DNA from: Vicugna vicugna
Lineage: Eukaryota
Assembly: GCA_013265495.1 (NCBI GenBank)
Contig: MU058004.1
Span: 312,001 to 376,000 of the forward strand
Reading direction: 5' to 3'
Length of the DNA: 64,000 nt
Below are positions 52,160-62,960 of this stretch, piece after piece (position 1 is the first letter of the stretch; each line of letters opens with the position of its first letter). The position numbers and the translations under genes are program-made. The notes below the pieces were generated by a model. The model was given only the letters and a program-made list of their open reading frames with translations. It did no database searches and was not told the DNA's origin.

Positions 52160-52924
52160 GATGGAGTAGGGAGGCCAGCAGGGAGCACTCTGACGCTGTC
52201 CACCCAGACACAGACTGAAGGTAAAGACAGGGTCACCAAGTGCCACCACCCTGGGCCACTCACAGTCTATGACAGGGAGGACTGTCAATTAAAGACCCCA
52301 ACATGCAGAATCATCAATATGAAAGAATCCTCCATTAGAGGCCTCACAGGGAAAGATGTTCATTGTGTCTCCTTCAAGAAATCAACCACCCAGGCTACTC
52401 AGCCAATGAGAACGTGTCACCCCCAATTCCCACTTTCCACCAATGGACTTTCGTTCAAACAACCCCTCCAACCTTCTCCTTTTTCTCTGTAAAATGATGT
52501 TTACCTCCTTTGTTTGTTGAACTTGTCTGTGACCTTTGCTGTAGCTGGCTTGTCCCAAGTTACAATTCTTTGTTGTTCCTCAGTAATCCATTTTGCTGGT
52601 AAAAATCACTGGCTGTTGTATTTTTTGGGGTTAACAGGGCTCACACAATTGTGGAGGTGCAAGACCAAGATCTGCAGGGCAGGCCCAAGGGCTGGAGGCC
52701 CAGGGACAGTTCTGTTGGCAGAATGTTTGCTCTCTTCAGGCCTTCAGCTGAGTAGACCAGGTCTACCCACACTAGGATGGGTAATCGCCTTGCTCAAAAG
52801 TCTACTGATTTAAATGTTAATTTAATCTAAAATACACCTTCACAGAAACATCCAGAATAATGTTTGATACCAAATATCTGAGCACCTTGCCCCAGTCAAA
52901 CTGACACATGAAACTGACTACCAC
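52011..52924 (-). mobile_element. MLT2-like (ERVL) LTR interrupted by a nested LTR-like insert at about 52077-52636
   Basis: gagagagatttatcttaaggaa...gctcacacaattgtggagg...aagtctactgatttaaatgttaat...accttcacagaaacatccagaataatgtttga; the nested segment has TG...CA ends. Confidence 0.7.
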
Positions 52925-52999
52925 ATTCCCCATGTTTCCCAGTGATTAGCATGATGCACAACGCCAGTCTTGTCGGGGACATTCAATAAGAATGTGGAA

Positions 53000-53434
53000 A
53001 AACATCAGTATCGCTAATTGTCAGAGAAATGCATATCAAAACTACAATGAAGTAGCACCTCACACCAGTCAGAACGGCCATCATTTTAAAGTCCACAAAT
53101 GATAAATGCTGGAGAGGCTATGGAGAAAAGGGAACCCTCCTACACTGCTTATGGAACTCTCGTTTGGTGCAGCAACTGTGAAAAAAAGTATGGAGGTTCC
53201 TTTAAAAACTAAAAATAGACTTACCATGTGATCCAGCAATCCTACTCCTGGGTATATATCCAGAGCAAAGTCTAACTCGAAAAGACGCATGCACCCCAAT
53301 GTTCATAGCAGCACTATTGACAATAGTCAAGACATAGAAGCAACCTAAATGTCCACTGACAGATGACTGGATTAAGAAGATGTGATATATTTATACAATG
53401 GAATACTACTCAGCCATAAAAAAGAATAAAATAA
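53000..53434 (+). mobile_element. Relatively young LINE-1 ORF2 C-terminal fragment lacking 3' UTR and poly(A)
   Basis: Well-preserved L1 text (cacctcacaccagtcaga...aaaagggaaccctcctacactg...caatgttcatagcagcactatt...ggaatactactcagccataaaaaagaataaaataa) that stops abruptly. Confidence 0.85.
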
Positions 53435-53987
53435 CGAGGTAAAGGTATGTCAGGGCCGAGGCTCCATCTGCATGAACCAGTGGTGGGGGAGCAGGGGGCC
53501 AGGGCATGTGGTTCCAGCAATGGGGGGAGGGGAGTCATCTTCCAGCACAGGATGCCCTGCGAGTGGTCAGGTGGGCTGACAGGTGGTGACTGGCTGCTGC
53601 CTGCTGGCACCCTGACAGGTCCAACGGCCACTAGGGGCGTGGAGTTGTCAGTCCCACCACCGTGTGAGTGAGTGTCCTGGGGCTGCCATGACAACTTACC
53701 ACAAACCATCTGGCTTAAAACAACAGAAACAGCTTATTTTGTTTACAAAGAGAGGAACCTGAGACACAGAAGTGTCTATTTTTCACATCATGTAACATGC
53801 AGTTGGAATGTAATATTCAAATTCCTCAGCTAACATGTTCAAAAACATGTGCTCTGTGGAAACCTATTGTGACACAACACGGCTGTCACTATTTTCCTTT
53901 GTGTAACTTGTCAGGTTACAGACAAAGAGGACAAGATCTGTATTCACTGAATCGGGTTGATGCAGCAAAACACCGCTCTTCCAAATC

Positions 53988-54148
53988 AGGGTTTCTCCCC
54001 CTGGAAACCAGTGCCACTTTGGACGGCTCCCCTCCGTGGAGGGGCATCTGTGTGCTGTGGGTGTTGGGCAGTGTCCCTGGTCTCCCCTCCAGATTTTGCC
54101 GGATGTCCTGGGGCGGGGGCAAAATCGCCTCCAGCTGAGAAGGAAGCA
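53988..54148. mobile_element. MER20-like hAT DNA transposon fragment
   Basis: cagggtttctc...gggcagtgtccctggtctc...ggggcaaaatcgcctccagctgagaa. Confidence 0.6.
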
Positions 54149-54733
54149 CTTTTCTCAGAGAGCTACTTGTTAGGAACTTGATTCTCAGAGGAGCCAAAGC
54201 CCTGGGTCATTTCTTCCGTCAGACCATCAGGGAGTTGAGGGGTGTCCCGACTGCATGGGGGGAGCAATTCCGTTCTTTCTGAACAGGGAACTTGACTCAC
54301 AAACGAACGATGTAGGCGAAACGTGAATTACAGCATCTGCTTTGCGAGCGAATTCTGCACCACGTCTTTGTAAAGCTGATAATGCATGTTTTGATGTCAG
54401 CTGCACAGCTGAGAAGGTAGGTCTCCTGAAGCCCTTGGTGTCCAACCGCAGGAGCGAGGTCATGTTAGTCCAGGGGAGACTTCACCAGCCTGGGGGAGAC
54501 TTGGAGGGAGAGATGGTAGGGGTCTCAAGTTTAGGGACAAACTGAGTTAAAGGTGATGAAAGTAGGATGGTCCACCTCCGATTGCTGCACGTGGGCCCAG
54601 GGTGGGAGGCTCAGCCTAGACTGCTGGTCCAGCACCTGCCCCAGAATCCCGAGAGGAGAGCAGACAGGCTGCCCCTGGTCGGCGCCGTGCCCAGGACAAC
54701 ACAAGCTAAGCTGGTTTTCTTTTCTGTCCCAAG

Positions 54734-54967
54734 TGCTGAGCTTGCAGGACCTGTGTTTCCAGGCAGTGGTGTCCCGCACACCGTGCACCTGGTGGACAAG
54801 CTGCCGCTCCCCTGGCCCTGAGGAGCCACCTCAAGTCCTCCTTGATGGCCAAGGGCCTGAACGCCAGGATGATGCTGGCCTCTCCTACTCCCTCATTGCC
54901 AGCTCCCGCCACAGAAGGAGCCACTCACAGGGAAGGGAAGGCTGCCAGCCCACCCTGGAGCCACCCC
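54734..54967 (+). pseudogene. RAB40B: Frameshifted relic of the RAB40B last exon (SOCS box and C-terminal tail); unitary pseudogene
   Basis: After a polypyrimidine tract and AG (ggttttcttttctgtcccaag), the repaired translation is [61 protein letters not shown], with 1-bp deletions near 54782, 54813 and 54875. Position and strand match RAB40B synteny. Confidence 0.9.
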
Positions 54968-55037
54968 TCCCCAGCGCTGCCCTGGTGGTGGCTCCAAGGC
55001 TCTGTGTCTAAACTGGATTACAGGTGAAAGGATGCCT

Positions 55038-55179
55038 TTTTTTTTTTTAAAGGGGGGAAGTAATTAGATTATTTATTTACTTACTTATTTGTTTGTTTGT
55101 TTGTTTAGATGGAGGTACTAGGGATTGAACCCAGGACCTTGTGCATGCTCAGCACATGCTCTACCACTGAGCTATGCCC
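55038..55179 (-). mobile_element. tRNA-derived SINE (Vic-1-like) with TSD, just 3' of the RAB40B relic
   Basis: Same SINE family; TSD tgaaaggatgcct (55025-55037) / tgaaaggacgcct (55180-55192). Confidence 0.88.
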
Positions 55180-56019
55180 TGAAAGGACGCCTCTTTCCAA
55201 GAAGGAGGTGGAGGCTGAACGTGGGGCCTCGTGGAGCAGCCACCCGGGGCAAAGCAGCAGGAGGTGCCGTGGGCCCCGGGGGACCGGGCTGCCACCGCTC
55301 GTCAGGAGCGACACGTGGAGACCAGTGCTGACTTTGCTGAGACGCCCGGCAGGGTGTCCCTTCTTGGTTCTGCTGCTTGAGTATCAACGAGGGATAAAAG
55401 AATAACTTGGAGAGAAAAGCAAATGCCCAGACCTGCTCAGTTTCTGTTAATGACACAGATTTTTGGAGCTTTAAGGACTCTAGAATTGGGAGTGACACCT
55501 TTATTCAGAGACGGTGGAGCTGAGGTCTAGGGAGGAGGATGGGACAGACATCCATTGGGAAGTAGGCAACGGGACAGCAGGTAAACCAGAGTGGACGGAA
55601 CCTCTGCAAGGGGCTGTGAGCCTGGGAGGACTTGCTGCTGGGGCCAGGGCTCCCTTCTCTGCTGGGCAGTGGATGGAGTGAGCAGCCAGGGGGCTGATCC
55701 ACTGACCACACCACTAGGACACTGCTGTGGTGGGGTGACAGTGCCCTGAGTGCCACCAACAGAGACAAGGAGAGTCCCACGCTGAGCACAAGCCCCTCCC
55801 CAACCTTGAGGGGTGCTCAGAGGTAGAAGGTGCAGGCCCCCCAGGCCTGATGGTGGGCGCCTGGCCTCAAGGCTAAACCAGGCCCTCCCCTTCTGTCTCT
55901 TTCTGTGGTTTAACTGGAGGTCTCCTATCAACTTTATCTGGAAGGAACCAGATAAAGTTCCCAACCCCTTGTCCCAGAGCCCTTCCAGAAGCCTGGTGTC
56001 CAAGAGGCCTCATTACAGA

Positions 56020-56190
56020 CAAAGGATACCTGGGGCCACCAGAAGCTGGATGAGGCAGGAAGGAGCCCCCCAGAGCCCTGCCCACACCTGGATTTCAGAC
56101 TCTGGCCTCCAGAACTGTGAGAGGCAAATTTCCACTGCCTTAAGCCCCCCAGTTTGTGGCCATACGTTACGGTGGTGCCACGACACTCTC
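56020..56190 (+). mobile_element. MaLR (MLT1-like) LTR 3' part
   Basis: ccaccagaagctgga...ccctgcccacacctggatttcagactctggcctccagaactgtgagag...taagcccccagtttgtgg. Confidence 0.75.
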
Positions 56191-57070
56191 ACAACAAAGA
56201 AATGTTATACTTCGCAGTAGAAAGTGGTATTGCTAATCAAAGTGGCATTTCTGTAAAATAAAAAGAAACCCTAATATAGAATGTATTTAAGTGCAACTAT
56301 GCATGTTTTGGTGGTGAGCACCCAGAAATCACAATTGAAATGTAAACTGAACCTTAGAGAAGCCGCTCTCAAAATTCATCATTTTCTTCTATGGCCTCAC
56401 TGCTGGGAAAATCCACCCAAAATATAAATGGGAGCACCAAATTGTGTCCCAGCTGTTTGTAATTCTCTTTTCAAGCATCTAGATTCAAAATAAATTATGT
56501 ACAATTATGTCTTCAATTGCCCTGTGACAACTCCTGCAAAGCAGAATAATTTCCTAGACAGAGAGCTTCAACTGTGATGAGGAGTGATCTGGGCAAACAC
56601 TGAATTTTGGAGAAAATGTTTATTACAGGCTTGATGATATTTGTTTTGCCAAAGACACGGAGATGTAGAAGCTCCCCTTTCCCAGAGAAACCCTGTCATC
56701 TAAGCAGATGTGGATTTGAGAAGTGGGCCTGAATGAAGCTGCTTGTGTGTGGGAACCGGGGAGAGGCTCTGAGTCGTGGAGCTGTCGAGCTGTCGTGGGG
56801 GCGGGACCCTGTGCTCATTGTGTTCATCCCCTGCCCTGGACATACCTGGACTGCAGGTGTCTGGGTGGGAGGCGGAGATAGGACGGGCACAGTGAAGGTG
56901 GAGACCAGATGGCTCGCTGGGCAAGGAGCTCAGGGCCGGACGCTCCTGCCTCCGTGGCCGCTTGTGTTAGAACAGGACCGCGTGCCAGCTCCTCCTTATC
57001 CGGTGACGGGCCGTGTCCCGGAGCTGTGTGCCGGCGGCTCTGTGTGTCCTCGCGGGAGAGTCTGTACATT

Positions 57071-57273
57071 CATTTGACCCTCGGACAACGCAGGCGTTAG
57101 GTGCAACGACCCTCCACACAGTCACAAATCCGCGAGTAACATAGCTGCCCGCCCATCCGCCGGATCTGCGGTTCTGCAAACGTGGATCCAACCAACCACG
57201 GTCGTGCAGTCTGTGGCGTTTTCCATGAAAACACTCCGCTGCTGAGAGGCCCCGCGTTGTCCAGGGGCACCGG
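57071..57273. mobile_element. MER8-like Tigger DNA transposon (MITE)
   Basis: Imperfect terminal inverted repeats catttgaccctcggacaacgc ... gcgttgtccaggggcaccgg followed by TA; internal ggatccaaccaaccacgg. Confidence 0.65.
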
Positions 57274-57499
57274 TACTCCCATTTCCCCACTTCTGTCCAC
57301 TTTGCTGTTTTTGCGTACATTGTACTAGCATATCTGTTAAAAAAACCCATAATGCACTGTTATTTTTACAGAGACACTGATGGATACTTTTACCAGTTAA
57401 AAATGAAACGGCTCTTACATTTACTTTAATTTCCCTGATTTCTGGGAGGGCTCAGTTACCGTGGGCGTCTGGGTCCTGTCTGCTCCTGAGGGTCCCTTT

Positions 57500-58300
57500 G
57501 AATCGTCGCCCCCATGGGGCTCAGTGTCCTGGGGGTCTGCTTCGTCCCCAGCAGGTGGTTCCCTCCCCCAGGCCCGCCCCGCCCCGCCCCATGCTCTCGG
57601 CGCTCCGCGGCTCCCTGGCTGCGCGCGCAGGCGGTGGGCCTCTTGCTTCCGGCCGCGGCGGCCTCGGCGCTGGCGAGACGGACCCCGGCGGCCGGCCTCC
57701 CCGAGCGGCATGCGGCGCTGAGGCGCGGCGGACCCCGCGGCGGCGCCATGAACCTCCTGCCCTGTAACCCGCACGGCAACGGGCTGCTCTACGCCGGCTT
57801 CAACCAGGACCACGGTGAGGAGAGCCCCCGGCGGCCCGGCCCTCCTGCCGCCGCCGCTCCGCGCGGGGTCCCGCCCCTCGGCCGGTCGCGCCCCGGGAGG
57901 GCACCCGGGGCCTGGCTGCTCGGCGCCCGCCCCGGCCCCCCGCTCCGGGCCGCGCTCCCGCCCGTCCGACGGGGAGGGTTTTCCGGGGGGCTGTCGGGCC
58001 TTTCCGGCTGGGTCGGGGTCTTAGCCCTCGTGGCGCCGCGCCCGCGCGCCCGGGACCGCGTCCGCCGAGGTCCTCGCCTTTTCTGTGGGCCTGGATGGAA
58101 AGCGTCGCCGGCCGCACTCTCTCCTTGTGCCGAGTGGAAATTGAACTGTCCAGCACGCCGCTGGGGCCAAGGCAGTTTTCGCGTTTCCGAGTCGGGCGGG
58201 CCGCGGGGCCGCGCCCCACGTTCACCCGAGAAGGGGACTCGCGTCTCGGCTGCTCGACTTCGCTTTGGTAGCTGCTTGAAAGAGAACCCCAAAGCAGGAG
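57500..58300. promoter_or_regulatory. CpG island / WDR45B promoter
   Basis: Dense CpG; GC boxes at about 57573-57590; ETS-type CTTCCGG at 57646-57652; NRF1-like TGCGCGCGCAGGCG from 57620. Confidence 0.85.
57748..57814 (+). CDS. WDR45B: WD repeat domain 45B (WIPI3) exon 1 (67 bp coding)
   Basis: gccATG; MNLLPCNPHGNGLLYAGFNQDH(G); gtgagg donor; inside a CpG island. Confidence 0.96.
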
Positions 58301-59839
58301 CTGCAGGACGCGTGTTTGTAGGGGTGGTTTGGGGAGATTTTAGCAGAGCGGGAGCGTGTCGCTTTGGCTCTTGGGGTGCTGACTGCGAGGTTCTGACTGT
58401 GGCGTCCCAGGAGCCGAGGCGAGGCGGCCTTTTCATTCCGGGAGGAGCCCTGAGGTCAGGAAGGGTCCTTGGAGGGGCTGGGCTGGGCTGTGCTGGGGAC
58501 CGCCAGCGCTTGGTCCCACTGCGGGGCCAGCGGGGTGCTCCTTGGGGGCCGGATGTTGGACCTCGGGCAGTGTGTGGCCAAAGACTTTGGCGCTTGATTT
58601 CCTGAGGAGGGCCAGTAGGTTTCTTTTCTTTTCTTTTTCTTTGTTTAAAACAAGTTTTGGTAAAATTGAGAACTCTTTAAGGAGTTAACAGCGATATAGC
58701 AACTCCTTAAGAAATGTGCTTTCAGTAGACGTGACTGGTGATAGTGATGGAGGGGAGAGGCAACTCTGAAAAACACACACAGAAGCAAAAAGCTTATTGA
58801 CTCCGAGGCCATTAAATGCAAAATCTTTTACATCTGTGTTAGTGCCAAACGAGGGACCTTTGTATTAAGTTTCAGCGTAAAAATTGAGTCACAGAATGAT
58901 GCTAATTATTTTGGAAACCAGTGAAGTTTATGACGTCTTTATAAAGTTCCCATCAAAGATTATTTTAAAAGTACAGCTTTGGCTTTTAAATGGATATATT
59001 CCGTTGTCTGAAAAATCTGTTTTCACTTTCCTAAAACCACGTTATTTCATTGCAACAAATAACAAGTAAAGCTTATAGTATTGTTGAAAAAAATATGCTT
59101 TTATACTTAAACTCCTGGTTACTGTTAGGTTAATTTCCTATAATGTAAATTTATGCTAGATTGTTGAGTTCATTACATTTTTTTACTTATACTGATTTTT
59201 AATTTTTACTTAGCATTTTTCGCACTCTTGTTGCAACTTCAGGTTTAGAAATCATTTTTAAAAGAACATTTGCTCATAATTTTAAATTGTTCAAACTTTT
59301 GACTGGTTTTCTCCTAAAGATAATGTGCATTACAATTTTCAAGATTCCTGCATGTTAATATGAACGTTTCTGTCGTCTGGGTGCCTGCTTCTCTTTCTCT
59401 TCCTTCCCATGGGAGCCCCGGGTGTTTGATTACATACACCTTCCCTGTTCACTGGCTTGTCCTGCCTGGACCAAGCCTGGGGCCACAGGCTGACCCGGTG
59501 GGCAGGCTCTTCTGTGGTTCTGGAGTATGGGTGAGGAGTATTTGCATGTGGATTGCACGTGCTCACGTGGAAGGACGCCCTGGAGTGATTCTGATGCTCT
59601 GTTGCCAGGCGGCTGCCCCAGGGGTGTGCTTGGCATCAGCTGCTGGGTTGGGACTTTTCTGTGGGAAAAACTTGTTCAGAGAGCAGGAACGGGAACATTA
59701 GTGCCAGCTTCTGTGTGATAACCTAGTAAAGTCAATTCATCAATCCCTCCCACCAAATAGCGAGGATAATCCCCAGCCTCTGTGGAGAGCGGTTTCCAGT
59801 CTTCCGTTGTCTATAGGGCCCTTTCTTGTAGCTTTTGTG

Positions 59840-60560
59840 TGAAGTACAGTGTTCTTACATAAAGTGCATGTGTCCTGAGCACTCAGCCTGAGGAATTTTC
59901 CAACTGAACACACCTTCTACGGCACCCAGGTTAGGAACCAAATACCCACCATCCTGTGCCCCTTCCCACCACCTCTCAATCTAACGTCCAACGACCTAGA
60001 TTAGTTTTGCCTGTCTCTGTACTTTATTTCTGTTTCTTGCTTTTTTACTCTGTCATGTTTGTGAGATTTTTTCCATGTTGCTGAACGTAATTGTAGGTCG
60101 CTGTCATTGATGTGATGTTTCTTTGTGACTGTGTCACAGTTCGTGTATCCATTCTACCATCAGTGTGCATCGGGTGGTTTCTAGTTTGGGGCTGTTCTGA
60201 GCATAGCGGTGCTTCCGCGAGTGCTTGCAGTGTCTTCCCTGAACACAGATCGTTGTCCCTGGGAGGCAAGTGCGCCTAGGGCAGCACTGACAGCCTACTG
60301 GCACGGACAGCTCCACTGGCTGCAGCGCTTCACCCGCCTCCAGCAGGCCCATGCGTCCCTGGGCCTCCGCACCCACCGTGCCCGTGGCATTTTCCAGCCT
60401 GTTGGCCGTTCTGGTGGATGCGCGGTGGGTCTCATTGTGGTGTCTGTGCGGCTGTGTCTGCGTTTTCCTGACTCAGTGTCTTTACTGACCGTTTGGATGC
60501 TCTCTTCTGTGAACCGTCCAAGTCTTTTTGCTTGTTTTTCTATTGGGCTCCTCTGTCCAG
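59840..60560 (-). mobile_element. Old LINE-1 fragments in WDR45B intron 1
   Basis: T-rich reverse L1 words (ttagttttgcctgt; catgtttgtgagatt; tatccattcta; gtttctagtttggggct). Edges approximate. Confidence 0.65.
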
Positions 60561-61705
60561 ATTATGTGGTTCCAGTAAACAAAGAGGGAGTTACAGCCCA
60601 GAGTAAATTAGAGATAATGAGTGACACCTCACTCTCCAGTGAGTGTCTGACTGCAGGCGCAAGTAAAGTGCACCTCAGAGCCTGAGAGCTGATCGTGCAA
60701 CGGTCTCCCCTCCTGGGGAAGCGGCCTGGTCCTTGTGGTCTAATAAGTAACTTGGACAAAAAACAGAAACATGCTTTTCACATTGGGAGGGTGGCTGATA
60801 GGATAGAGTAGTGTGGTCCCAACGCTGGAACGTGGATCGGGACCAGAGGAGAGACCCTGAGGGCGGCTCTGACAAGTCAGACCTGTGGAGCGGTCGCGCT
60901 GTGAGGGGCCAGGCTCTGCAGCCTATCCTGTGAAGATCGTTGGAGGGTTTGGTTTTTCTCCTTCCAGCCACAAGCCTCATTGAATCAGCACTTGGACATG
61001 GTGACATTTAAGGTCATACTTAGGGAATGAAGTCCAGGTCACAGGACCATCTTGAAGTTTGAGTGTCTCTTTCCTAATGGTGCCTTCAGCTGAACCATGA
61101 ACAGTCTGTTGTGTGAACTGGGATGGTGACTCCTGTGCCGGGTTCAGGGAGTCAGGGTTAGTGACAAGGGGGAGTATGGTCATGGAGACCTCAAGCTGCC
61201 TTCTGAAAGGCCATCCCGTTGTGGCCCGTTTCCCCTTCCCCACTGGGTGTGCCCACACCTTCTGGGGTTGCACACTTTGTGGCTGTTCTCCAGGAGATGG
61301 GGGCTTTCTTGTTTGTCACTGTGCCTCTAGGACTCGGTACCTGACACAGCCCGGCAGAGATGTGTTGGGAACTGAGAGGCCTGTGTGAGCACCGGAGGCA
61401 GCACTGGAGGGAGATGCCAGGCGGCAGAGTGGCTGGTGCAGGTGGCTGGAGTTAGGGGTGGGGCAGAGCCTGGTGCCCCACAGGGCCTGGTGGGGGAGGT
61501 GGAGCCAGACTGGGGAGGTGGAGCCAGACTGCGAAGGCTCCTTTTGCTGGTACGCGCGCAGCCTCTGACCCCAGTGTAGGGGAGTCGTTTGTGTGGTGGA
61601 GAGGCCGCTTCCTCTGGACCCCCTGCTTGTGCCGCTCAGGCCTGGGGAGCCCGTCGTCCAAGCTGAGAGCCCAGCAAGGTGCTTACCGTGTCTCTCTCAC
61701 TTTAG

Positions 61706-61780
61706 GGTGCTTTGCATGTGGGATGGAGAATGGATTCCGCGTGTATAACACCGACCCGCTAAAGGAGAAGGAGAAACAAG
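61706..61780 (+). CDS. WDR45B: WDR45B exon 2 (75 bp; gene continues past the right edge)
   Basis: tttag acceptor; CFACGMENGFRVYNTDPLKEKEKQ; gtaag donor. Confidence 0.96.
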
Positions 61781-62769
61781 GTAAGAGAGATCGGAATTTC
61801 TGGGCTCCTCCTCTTTCCTGGTCCTCAGAATCTAAACTGTATCCTGCAGGTGGGGGCGCTGATTGTGAGATGTGAGTGGGGTTCGTGGCCCGCCGTCAAC
61901 GCGGACAGGGCTGTCCTGGGGCCGGGGCACAGGGGTGGGTCAGCGGGCTCTCCTGTGAGGCTAGCCCTGCGGGCCCTGCGGAGGGGACATGCCCCCCTCC
62001 CGTCCAGTGTCAGCCTTGGGAGAGCGCTGGGAGGGCTTTAGCCACGCACATAGGACTCTGGCTCTTAAAATGACCCACGTTTAGAAAATACTATTCTTAG
62101 CAATAAATTACAGTTGCTTATGTTGATGTATTTCAGTGTCTTAAATTATGTTTTCATGGATTACAAGTTTTCAGTGCTGGAATCAGGAATTCTCTTGGTG
62201 AAATAAAATAATGGTGGTTATATTCCCATTTGACAGGAAAGACGTGTAATTTATGGGTAGAATCTTTGCAGTTACTTCTACTTCATATTTTTCTCAAGCT
62301 TTTAGTGTTTCCTGGTCCTTACCTGCCAACAGGTGAACAAATCTCATAGTCATAGACAATGAAAAACATCCTTTTTCTTCCTGCAGTTGTGCTTTGGTTT
62401 TTATTCAGTGTGCAGGCTGTATTTTTCTTTCCTTTTTCTTTTTTCTTTTTTTTACCCTTAATATGGATTTTATTCTGTTGATGAAGGCTGTATTTTCTGG
62501 TGCTGGAACTGTTTCTCCTCTGTAGGAGGAAGTCACTGGATGCTGGGCTCCCCCCTCAGGCCCCTTCTGTTTTGACAACTAATACTCTACGTTGGGGATT
62601 TTCAGAATTGGTTTTTGGCAGTGGACCCCCTTTGCCAGGTCAAACCTCCCACACAACCGTGTGTGTAAAACAGTGAGTGGTGCTTTGTGTCTAGGGGTTT
62701 ACTTTGTAAGCTGATGTCTGTAACTTTCATTTACTAGAGGAAGACAGAGTAGCCCAGTAGAGAGGGGTG

Positions 62770-62960
62770 CAGACTCTGCACCCACACTGTTTAGATCCCA
62801 GTCCTGCCCTGTCCCTGTCGGATTGCTGTGTAACCTTGGGTAAGTTCCTCACCTTCACTTGGCCTCAGTTTCTTCATGTGTAGAAGTGAGGATGACAAAT
62901 GTCTACGTCCTCAGGCTGCTGTAAAGATAGGTGAGTTAGGACACGTGAGGCACGCAGGTG
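62770..62960 (+). mobile_element. MIR SINE
   Basis: gctgtgtaaccttgggtaagttcctcacctt...gcctcagtttcttcatgtgtaga core. Similar MIR pieces at about 19720-19870, 27950-28040, 34270-34440 and 48400-48500. Confidence 0.7.

Noticed and set aside
53530..53560. GGAGTCATC (GVI) as a remnant of an internal RAB40B exon
   Set aside because: Similarity stops after three codons and there is no acceptor site.
53625..53642. CTCF-like ccactaggggcg
   Set aside because: One G short of the core spacing; weak match.
54553..55011. 152-aa ORF as an intact novel gene
   Set aside because: It is a by-product of three 1-bp deletions in the RAB40B relic returning to frame; the Cul5-box region is scrambled and the N-terminus is intronic sequence.
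57514..58605. 363-aa ORF overlapping WDR45B exon 1, including an in-frame upstream ATG
   Set aside because: Stop-poor CpG-island sequence; only 57748-57814 is coding, and the upstream ATG has weak context and probably lies before the transcription start.
61493..61530. 19-bp tandem duplication (similar 16-bp one at 37022-37053)
   Set aside because: Ordinary intronic slippage duplications with no evident function.
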